A stretch of 53,920 bases of DNA from Candidatus Subterrananammoxibius californiae (GTDB lineage: Bacteria > Planctomycetota > Brocadiia > Brocadiales > Subterrananammoxibiaceae). Below the pieces are notes generated by a model that saw only the letters and a program-made list of their open reading frames with translations, was not told the DNA's origin and ran no database searches. A program made the position numbers and the translations under genes. The stretch is taken from assembly GCA_030586555.1 (NCBI GenBank), contig JAURAC010000024.1, positions 1 to 53,920 on the forward strand, read 5' to 3'. This document shows, piece after piece, positions 1 through 7,316 of this stretch. Position 1 is the stretch's first letter, and each line of letters begins with the position of its first letter.

Positions 1-203
1 AGGACAAACAAGAGATAGAAAGTAAGATGGACGCCCTGACAGGGATATTACACGAACTCAGCAGTATCCTCTACCAGAAGGCACAGTCCACCACAGGCGA
101 AAAAGAGCCCCCTGCTGGCGAGCCCAAGAAAGAAGAAGAACGAAAGAAGAAAGGTCCTGGCGACGAGGACATCATTGACGCAGACTATAAGGTGAAAGAA
201 TAG
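1..203 (+). CDS. dnaK: 3' end of Hsp70 chaperone DnaK (partial, not in ORF track)
   Basis: Frame from nt 3 reads DKQEIESKMDALTGILHELSSILYQKAQ...GDEDIIDADYKVKE*, the typical DnaK lid plus acidic 'D-V/I-I-D-A-E/D-F/Y' tail; TAG at 201-203. Confidence 0.85.
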   Translation, partial: DKQEIESKMDALTGILHELSSILYQKAQSTTGEKEPPAGEPKKEEERKKKGPGDEDIIDADYKVKE

Positions 204-297
204 GTAATAGGTGATGGGGGCGTGTAAATACATAAAGTATAAGAGGCTATAAAAGCACTTTTTTAGAGCCCGGCGAAAACGGGACATTTTAAAAACA

Positions 298-326
298 TTG
301 ACAATTAACCTTAGATATGATAAAAA
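298..326 (+). promoter_or_regulatory. Putative sigma70 promoter of rplM-rpsI
   Basis: TTGACA (298-303), 17-nt spacer, TAAAAA; the -10 is imperfect. Confidence 0.5.
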
Positions 327-382
327 TATAGCTTAAGTGATGTTAGCGATTAGAATAAATATTTCAAAAGAGAAGGTAGAAT

Positions 383-817
383 ATGAAAACATTTATGGCA
401 GTAAAGGAGTATGCTGAGAAGTCAAGGCGCTGGTACGTGGTTGATGCAACGGATAAGGTGCTCGGCAGGATGGCAACCCGCATAGCCAGCGTCCTGATGG
501 GTAAGACCAACCCATATTATACACCCCATGTTGACACAGGTGATTTTGTGGTTGTAGTGAATGCCGGCAAGGTTAAGCTTACGGGCGATAAGATGAATCA
601 AAAGGTTTATGAAGAGTATTCCGGCTACCATGGCGGCAAGAAGCTAAGGCCTGTTGGAGTAATGCTTGAAAAACACTCCGAACGGGTAATAACCCTTGCA
701 GTAAGGCGCATGCTGCCGAGGTCAAGGCTTGGCCGTGCGATGCTTAAAAAGCTGAAGGTTTATGCAGGACCGGCGCATCATCATCAGGCACAGCAACCAA
801 TACAGTTCGACATTTAA
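383..817 (+). CDS. rplM: 50S ribosomal protein L13
   Basis: [28 protein letters not shown] and [17 protein letters not shown] motifs. Confidence 0.98.
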   Translation: MKTFMAVKEYAEKSRRWYVVDATDKVLGRMATRIASVLMGKTNPYYTPHVDTGDFVVVVNAGKVKLTGDKMNQKVYEEYSGYHGGKKLRPVGVMLEKHSERVITLAVRRMLPRSRLGRAMLKKLKVYAGPAHHHQAQQPIQFDI

Positions 818-914
818 TATTATTCAATAAAATAAGGGAATAGGGAATAGCCAATAGCCAATAGGGAATTTCCAGCTTGTTAGCTTGCCAGCTGGAGTGA
901 GGGAGAACTAAAGA

Positions 915-1313
915 ATGGTTGAAGACAGCAAATATTTTTGGGGTACAGGAAGACGCAAGACCTCGGTTGCAAGGATTCGACTCATGAGAGGTACGGGAAA
1001 GATTGTTGTGAACGCGAAAGAGTTAGAAGAATACTTTACCAGGGACCGTGACAGACTCTCGGTACGTACACCCTTAAAGGTGACAAAAACCCTCGGCAAA
1101 TATGACGTTTTTGCCAATGTTGAAGGCGGAGGTCTGACGGGGCAGGCAGGCGCCGTTGCCTTAGGTGTAGCAAGGGCGTTGCAAAAGGCAGAGGAAACCG
1201 CCATGGAAAGTCTGCGTGATAACGGGCTGTTAACCCGTGACAGCAGGATGAAGGAACGCAAGAAATACGGAAGAAAAGGCGCAAGAAAGAGCTTCCAGTG
1301 GACAAAACGTTAA
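915..1313 (+). CDS. rpsI: 30S ribosomal protein S9
   Basis: GTGRRKTSVAR, GGGLTGQAGA and ERKKYGRKGARKSFQWTKR motifs. Confidence 0.98.
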   Translation: MVEDSKYFWGTGRRKTSVARIRLMRGTGKIVVNAKELEEYFTRDRDRLSVRTPLKVTKTLGKYDVFANVEGGGLTGQAGAVALGVARALQKAEETAMESLRDNGLLTRDSRMKERKKYGRKGARKSFQWTKR

Positions 1314-1354
1314 TTTCATAAGTTTTGGGGGCATTATGAAAAAGGAGGAAGGGG

Positions 1355-2380
1355 ATGAAAAAGTTTACGCCTTATTTATTAATCCTAATGGTGGGCTTTC
1401 TGGCGCTGGCTTTGATGACGTCCAATGCCCTGGCGCAGAAGTGTCAGCATATGCACCAGCTTTCAAAAAAGCTCCAGAAACAGCAAATCACACAGTTAAA
1501 TTGCAAGCTCTGTGTTTGCGAAAAGATGGAGACCTATATCATAAAGCACAGGATTCGTGCTTCCGTCCTGGCAGACTGCGATTGCGATGAAACAAATGAT
1601 AGAGAATGCGACAAGTTTCATCAGCATCCAAACTCTGGCGATGGAGACAATGAAGGATGGGCTTGTGTATGGAGCGGACTTGATGACCCAACAGGACCAA
1701 TTATTCCACCAGAAGATGCAAGCTATCAGTCTTCAGGTATACCCGACGACTGCATCTTTGACGCCACCATCACAAGGGTAGTAAAGTATTGCAAGGATAC
1801 TGAAGATTTCCCTGGTGACTCATGGCCAAGGGGAGGGTATCATTCAGGCACATGGCGGCTTATTTGTGGTACAGAGAGGGTTGCAAACGGCTCATTACAG
1901 GGCGTTGATGGCGTTGACCCATCCTACGAGCGTCCTTATGATGTTGTTGGATCACTCACGGCTCGCGATGCTCATGAATTGTTGCCATGCGGGCAGCCTG
2001 CACACCTCGGAGATGATTTTGATACCGGTGGTGACCCATGTGAAGGGGGTGAGTGTTACTTACCAGGCTGGCAGGTTGGCTGCATATCAGGCAGTACCAC
2101 CGATTTGTTCTTCAGATTCCAGTGTCCTCCAACCGGCACATACGACAAGGAGGAGGTCGGTAATATTGCTGACTGCGAGTTAGGCGACCTGTATGTCATC
2201 AATGATTTCCGGGGCAAGCAGATTTGTATTACCCCAAGGGAAGATTGGAAGATAAAGGCATGCTACAGCGGTGGGAATGCTATTGATTTTACTGCAAACC
2301 CTTGCGACCAGTGGTCAACTGATTGGTGTGTAAGACTTGAAGGCGTAATTGCTATTAATGCAACAGATTGCATCCAGTAA
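1355..2380 (+). CDS. Secreted Cys-rich protein, paralog 1 of 4 (unknown family)
   Basis: AAGGAGG RBS; Sec signal peptide ending ALA|Q; 22 Cys; no CxxCH; near-identical scaffold to the three downstream copies. Confidence 0.9.
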   Translation: MKKFTPYLLILMVGFLALALMTSNALAQKCQHMHQLSKKLQKQQITQLNCKLCVCEKMETYIIKHRIRASVLADCDCDETNDRECDKFHQHPNSGDGDNEGWACVWSGLDDPTGPIIPPEDASYQSSGIPDDCIFDATITRVVKYCKDTEDFPGDSWPRGGYHSGTWRLICGTERVANGSLQGVDGVDPSYERPYDVVGSLTARDAHELLPCGQPAHLGDDFDTGGDPCEGGECYLPGWQVGCISGSTTDLFFRFQCPPTGTYDKEEVGNIADCELGDLYVINDFRGKQICITPREDWKIKACYSGGNAIDFTANPCDQWSTDWCVRLEGVIAINATDCIQ

Positions 2381-2422
2381 GATAATGTATTTGAGGGCAT
2401 TATGAAAAAGGAGGAAGTAAAG

Positions 2423-3424
2423 ATGAAGAAGTTCACGCCTCATTTATTAATTATCGTAGTGGGCTTTTTGGCGCTGGCTTTTATGACGTCCAATGCCCTG
2501 GCGCAGAAGTGTCAGCATTTGCACCAGCTTTCAAAAAAGCTCCAGAAACAGCAAATTACAATGCTAAATTGTAAGCTATGTGTTTGCGAAAAGATGGAGA
2601 CCTATATCATAAAGCAAAGGATTCGTGCTTCCGTCCTGGCAGACTGCGATTGCGATGAAACAAATGATAGGGAATGCGACAAGCATCATCAGCATCCAAA
2701 CTCTGGCGATGGAGACAATGAAGGATGGGCTTGTGTATGGAGCGGAAGTGACGACCCAACAGGACCAATTATTCCACCGGAAGACGCAAACTATCAGTCT
2801 TCAGGTATCCCAGACGACTGCATCTTTGACGCCACCATTACAAGGGTAGTAAAGTATTGCAAGAATACTGAAGACTTTCCTGGCGATTCAGCCCCAAGGG
2901 CGGGGTATCATTCAGGCACATGGAAGCTTATCTGTGGTACGGAGAGGGTTGCGAGCGGCTCACTACAGGGCGTTGACGGCGTTGACCCATCCTACGAGCG
3001 TTCTTATGACGATAACGCCCGCGACGCTCATAATTTCTTGCCATGCGGTCAGGATAAAGGTTGTCTTGAAGGCGAAGGTGGCTGCGATGGGCGTCTGTGC
3101 TACTTAGCAGGCTGGCAGGTTGGCTGTATATCAGGCACTACCACCGATTTGTTCTTCAGATTCCAGTGTCCTCCAACCGGCACTTATGATAAGGAGGAGG
3201 TCGGTAATATTGCGGACTGCGAACTTGGCGACCTGTACGTCATCAATGATTTCCGGGGCAAGCAGATTTGTATTACCCCAACGGAAGATTGGAAGATAAA
3301 GGCATGCTACAGTGGTGGGAATTATATTGATTGTAGTACAAATCCCTGCGACCAGTGGGCAACTGATTGGTGCGTCAGGTTGGAAGGCGTAATTGCCATT
3401 AATGCAACAGACTGCATCCAGTAA
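2423..3424 (+). CDS. Secreted Cys-rich protein, paralog 2 of 4
   Basis: Start at MKKFTPH after AAGGAGG, by analogy with copies 1 and 4; 24 Cys. Confidence 0.9.
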   Translation: MKKFTPHLLIIVVGFLALAFMTSNALAQKCQHLHQLSKKLQKQQITMLNCKLCVCEKMETYIIKQRIRASVLADCDCDETNDRECDKHHQHPNSGDGDNEGWACVWSGSDDPTGPIIPPEDANYQSSGIPDDCIFDATITRVVKYCKNTEDFPGDSAPRAGYHSGTWKLICGTERVASGSLQGVDGVDPSYERSYDDNARDAHNFLPCGQDKGCLEGEGGCDGRLCYLAGWQVGCISGTTTDLFFRFQCPPTGTYDKEEVGNIADCELGDLYVINDFRGKQICITPTEDWKIKACYSGGNYIDCSTNPCDQWATDWCVRLEGVIAINATDCIQ

Positions 3425-3471
3425 GCTTGTCTTGAACCCTTTGAGGGCTTATGAAAAAGGAGGAAGAAGAG

Positions 3472-4479
3472 ATGAAGAAGTTCGCGCCGTATTTATTAAT
3501 TCTTGTAGTGGGCTTTTTATCGCTGGCGTTAATGACGTCTAATGCCTTAGCGCAGAAGTGTCAGCATTTGCACCAGCTTTCAAAAAAGCTCCAGAAACAG
3601 CAAATTACAATGCTAAATTGTAAGCTATGTGTTTGCGAAAAGATGGAGACCTATATCATAAAGCAAAGGATTCGTGCTTCCGTCCTGGCAGACTGCGATT
3701 GCGATGAAACAAATGATAGGGAATGCGACAAGCATCATCAGCATCCAAACTCTGGCGATGGAGACAATGAAGGATGGGCTTGTGTATGGAGCGGACTTGA
3801 TGACCCAACAGGACCAATTATTCCACCAGAAGACGCAAACTATCAGTCTTCAGGTATACCCGACGACTGCATCTTTGACGCCACCATTACAAGGGTAGTA
3901 AAGTATTGCAAGAATACTGCAGAAAGTCCTGGCTATGGATTCCCGAGAGCGGGGTATCATTCAGGCACATGGAAGCTAAACTGCGGTACGGAGAGGGTTG
4001 CAAGCGGCTCATTGCAGGGCGTTGATGGCGTTGACCCGTCCTACGAGCGGTCTTATGACATTGATGCCCGCATTGCTCATGAAAACTTGCCATGCAGCCA
4101 GTTTGCCGGCTGTGTTGCCAGTGACACGGTGGCTGAGTGCGATGGTTATTCATGTTACTTAGCAGGCGTGCAGGTTGGCTGCATATCGGGTACTACCACC
4201 GATTTGTTCTTCAGATTCCAGTGTCCTCCAACCGGCACTTATGATAAGGAGGAGGTCGGTAACATTACCGACTGCGAGCTTGGCGACCTCTATGTCATCA
4301 ATGACTTCAGGGGCAAGCAGATTTGTATTACCCCAACGGAAGATTGGAAGATCAAGGCATGCTACAGTGGTGGGAATTATATTGATTGTAGTACAAATCC
4401 CTGCGACCAGTGGGCAACTGATTGGTGTGTAAGACTTGAAGGCGTAATTGCAATTAACGCAACAGACTGCATACAGTAA
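3472..4479 (+). CDS. Secreted Cys-rich protein, paralog 3 of 4
   Basis: Start at MKKFAPY after AAGGAGG; 24 Cys. Confidence 0.9.
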   Translation: MKKFAPYLLILVVGFLSLALMTSNALAQKCQHLHQLSKKLQKQQITMLNCKLCVCEKMETYIIKQRIRASVLADCDCDETNDRECDKHHQHPNSGDGDNEGWACVWSGLDDPTGPIIPPEDANYQSSGIPDDCIFDATITRVVKYCKNTAESPGYGFPRAGYHSGTWKLNCGTERVASGSLQGVDGVDPSYERSYDIDARIAHENLPCSQFAGCVASDTVAECDGYSCYLAGVQVGCISGTTTDLFFRFQCPPTGTYDKEEVGNITDCELGDLYVINDFRGKQICITPTEDWKIKACYSGGNYIDCSTNPCDQWATDWCVRLEGVIAINATDCIQ

Positions 4480-4518
4480 GTAGGTGCAGTTTTAGTTGCA
4501 AGTATATTAGTAAAAAGA

Positions 4519-4570
4519 TGGGGAGGGTAGGGGGCGGTTGCCTTTTAGGCGCGCCAAAATATTCCCTCAT
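4519..4570 (+). terminator. Branched hairpin after paralog 3, repeated after paralog 4
   Basis: GGGAGGGTA...TATTCCCTC outer stem enclosing GGCGGTTGCCTTTTAGGCGCGCC; near-identical copy at 5866-5922. Confidence 0.55.
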
Positions 4571-4604
4571 TAGTGAATTTTCCATTTTAAACGCCCATTT
4601 TTGC

Positions 4605-4632
4605 TTGCAAATTGGAATTTATATGGTATACT
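4605..4632 (+). promoter_or_regulatory. Putative sigma70 promoter of paralog 4
   Basis: TTGCAA, 16 nt, extended -10 TGG-TATACT; about 220 nt upstream of the ATG. Confidence 0.6.
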
Positions 4633-4851
4633 ATTAAACAAAAATATATCTCTTGCGCACTGTTTAGTACCTTGGTAAGCGAATTATTAGAGAAAGGAGG
4701 TAGTTAACTGCCCCAGAGGAATAAAAATAATGGGTTTGTACATCCTAATAGTACATGCAAGGCACTGTAGTTTGAGTCAATAGTTCGATGGTTTGCTGGT
4801 GACTTTACATGAAAATATATAGATTTATTATAAAAAAAGGAGGGAGTTAAT

Positions 4852-5844
4852 ATGAAAAAGTTCACGCCTCATTTATTAATTCTTGTGGTGGGCTTTTTAT
4901 CGCTGGCGTTAATGACGTCCAATGCCATGGCGCAGAAGTGTCAGCATCTGCACCAGCTTTCAAAAAAGCTCCAGAAACAGCAAATCACACCGTTAAATTG
5001 CAAGCTCTGTGTTTGCGAAAAGATGGAAAGCTATATCATAAAGCACAGGATTAGGGCTTCCGTCCTTGCAGACTGCGATTGCGATGAAACAAACGATAGG
5101 GAATGCGACAAGTGGCATCAGCATCCAAACTCTGGCGATGGAGACTATGAAGGATGGGCTTGTGTATGGAGCGGACTTGATGACCCAACAGGACCAATTA
5201 TTCCACCAGAAGATGCAAGCTATCAGTCTTCAGGTATACCCGACGACTGCATCTTTGACGCCACCATCACAAGGGTAGTAAAGTATTGCAAGGATACTGA
5301 AGAATTTCCTGGCCAAGGATTCCCAAGAGCCGGTTACCATTCAGGCACATGGAAGTTAATATGTGGTACGGAGAGGGTTGCAAGCGGCTCATTGCAGGGC
5401 GTTGATGGCGTTGACCCATCCTACGAGCGTTCTTATGACATTGATGCCCACATTGCTCACGAAACCTTTCCATGCGGTCAAGAAGGTGATATCTCTGATG
5501 AGTGCGAGGGCTCTGACTGTTACTTAGCAGGCTGGCAGGTTGGCTGTATAAGCGGCAGCACCACCGATTTGTTCTTCAGATTCCAGTGCCCTCCGACTGG
5601 CACATACGATAAGGAAGAGGTCGGTAATATTGCTGACTGCGAGCTTGGCGACCTGTATGTCATCAATGATTTCAGGGGCAAGCAGATTTGTATTACCCCA
5701 ACGGAAGATTGGAAGATCAAGGCATGCTACAGTGGTGGGAATTTTATTGACCATCACACAAACCCTTGCGACCAGTGGGCAACTGATTGGTGCGTCAGGT
5801 TGGAAGGCGTAATTGCTATTAATGCAACAGACTGCATCCAGTAG
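4852..5844 (+). CDS. Secreted Cys-rich protein, paralog 4 of 4
   Basis: AAGGAGG RBS; signal peptide ending AMA|Q; 22 Cys. Confidence 0.9.
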   Translation: MKKFTPHLLILVVGFLSLALMTSNAMAQKCQHLHQLSKKLQKQQITPLNCKLCVCEKMESYIIKHRIRASVLADCDCDETNDRECDKWHQHPNSGDGDYEGWACVWSGLDDPTGPIIPPEDASYQSSGIPDDCIFDATITRVVKYCKDTEEFPGQGFPRAGYHSGTWKLICGTERVASGSLQGVDGVDPSYERSYDIDAHIAHETFPCGQEGDISDECEGSDCYLAGWQVGCISGSTTDLFFRFQCPPTGTYDKEEVGNIADCELGDLYVINDFRGKQICITPTEDWKIKACYSGGNFIDHHTNPCDQWATDWCVRLEGVIAINATDCIQ

Positions 5845-5865
5845 CTGCAGACATCTCATAAAAAA

Positions 5866-5922
5866 GGGGAGGGTAGGAGGCGGTTGCCTTTCAGGCGCGC
5901 CAAAATATCCTCCCCTTCTTTT
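5866..5922 (+). terminator. Intrinsic (probably bidirectional) terminator
   Basis: GGGGAGGGTA...TATCCTCCCC stem, flanked by an A-run and TTCTTTT, between convergent genes. Confidence 0.7.
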
Positions 5923-5931
5923 ATATCCTTT

Positions 5932-7299
5932 TTAAAGAGGCTTTTCCCCTAAAACGCAATATCTGAATCCCCCACCGCCCTTCCAGCTTGCTTGCTTGCT
6001 GATACCTGTCGGGTCTTTTCCGCTAACCACCCTTTTTAAGCGGGGCAAGCATAAGGTCTCTGCATGTTCGCCTGACTCAATCCCAATCCACTTGCGGCAC
6101 AACTTATGGGCAACGGCGGCAGTGGTGCCGCTGCCGAGAAAGGAATCAAGCACCCAGTCGGTGGGTTTTGTGGTCATCTCTATAATCCGCTGAATAAGAC
6201 GTTCAGGTTTCTTGCTCTGAGGGAAATAAATACCTCCTTCATAAGAGATACCCTGGTATAGGTTTTCTTCCCAGATATTTACAAGTTTTGTTTTACGGTC
6301 GAGTCTCCCATTCTCACTGTTTACATTAGCTATATCTTTAAGCCATGAAACTATCCTACCTCGATAGAAAAAAATAGTAACTTTTTTTCCTACGTACCTT
6401 CCTCTGGTTGGAACGTAGTCTATTGAGACAAGTTCTTTTTCTGGTAGTTGAGGCATTATTCGCTTCATTAAGCCGCCCTGTGGATTCGTAGTTTGAAACA
6501 CTTGTTCCAGGTGCCGCTTGAAGAAGTTTTCATTGTGTTCTGAGGATGATAGGCGCCTTACCTGGAAATCTGAGTGGACAAAAACCGAAACCTTACCAAC
6601 CTGTCCGCCTAAAATATCGTTTACATGCTCCCGCTTCCCCTCGTTCAGAAAAATCAAATCAAAGGCTGTTTCTTCCCATCCATCGAATGGTTGAACAACC
6701 CTCGGCATATAGTTTTCAGCAAAAGTGGAGTCCCTTCCATACAGCAGAAGATACTCACAAATGTCAAACACAAAACTTTCTTGCCCAACGCCGGCGGCGG
6801 CTTTTGCTTTGACTACAATTTGTCTGATAAAGTTGTTTCTTCCAAATATCTCATCAAGCAAAATGCGAAGATAGGCTAATTCTCGTTCATCAATATGCAC
6901 GGCAATTATCCCATCGTCTTCTCTCAGTAACTTCCTGAGTATCTCAAGCCTCGCCTTCATCATGGAGAGCCAGATGGTATGCTCCAAGCCATCGTCATAA
7001 TGTTCAAAGGCGTTGCCGGTGTTGAAGGGCGGGTCTATGTAGATGCACTTGATTTTGCCTGTAAAGTGCGGCTCGAGGGCTTTGAGGGCAAGGAGGTTAT
7101 CACCTTTGATAAGCAGGTTATCCCCTTGCTCGTAGAGGTCGTTGGGGTTGTCACGGTTTGTTTCTCCTACTGCTTCTAACTGCACCAGAGGTCCTGGTTC
7201 TAAATCCTCTTTTGTACCCCAGCGAGGCTTACCGTTTTCATCCAACCCCAGAAGCACCTTATCCTTATTGGGCCAGATTAATTCAAGACGCTTGCTCAT
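5932..7299 (-). CDS. N6-adenine DNA methyltransferase, beta class (Type III Mod-like), no cognate Res gene
   Basis: LLIKGDNL, IYIDPPF catalytic motif, KPERLI, DSFLGSGTT SAM-binding motif; start taken at MSKRLELIW. Confidence 0.88.
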   Translation of the reverse strand: MSKRLELIWPNKDKVLLGLDENGKPRWGTKEDLEPGPLVQLEAVGETNRDNPNDLYEQGDNLLIKGDNLLALKALEPHFTGKIKCIYIDPPFNTGNAFEHYDDGLEHTIWLSMMKARLEILRKLLREDDGIIAVHIDERELAYLRILLDEIFGRNNFIRQIVVKAKAAAGVGQESFVFDICEYLLLYGRDSTFAENYMPRVVQPFDGWEETAFDLIFLNEGKREHVNDILGGQVGKVSVFVHSDFQVRRLSSSEHNENFFKRHLEQVFQTTNPQGGLMKRIMPQLPEKELVSIDYVPTRGRYVGKKVTIFFYRGRIVSWLKDIANVNSENGRLDRKTKLVNIWEENLYQGISYEGGIYFPQSKKPERLIQRIIEMTTKPTDWVLDSFLGSGTTAAVAHKLCRKWIGIESGEHAETLCLPRLKRVVSGKDPTGISKQASWKGGGGFRYCVLGEKPL

Positions 7300-7316
7300 C
7301 GTGCGATTTATCCATT

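Noticed and set aside
1557..5812. Repeated alternative-frame ORFs (MLPSWQTAIA... and similar)
   Set aside because: They are shadows of the duplicated genes and have no RBS or independent signal.
1355..5844. Diversity-generating retroelement acting on the four paralogs
   Set aside because: No reverse transcriptase or template repeat in the window; differences are not adenine-specific and include indels.
1355..5844. Multiheme cytochrome call for the Cys-rich paralogs
   Set aside because: No CxxCH or variant motif; the Cys pattern fits disulfides or metal binding instead.
5885..5902. CCTTTCAGGCGCGCCA as a tRNA-Arg 3' end or att site (also near 4540-4556)
   Set aside because: No GTTCGA T-loop upstream and no integrase; it is explained as the inner hairpin of the duplicated terminator.
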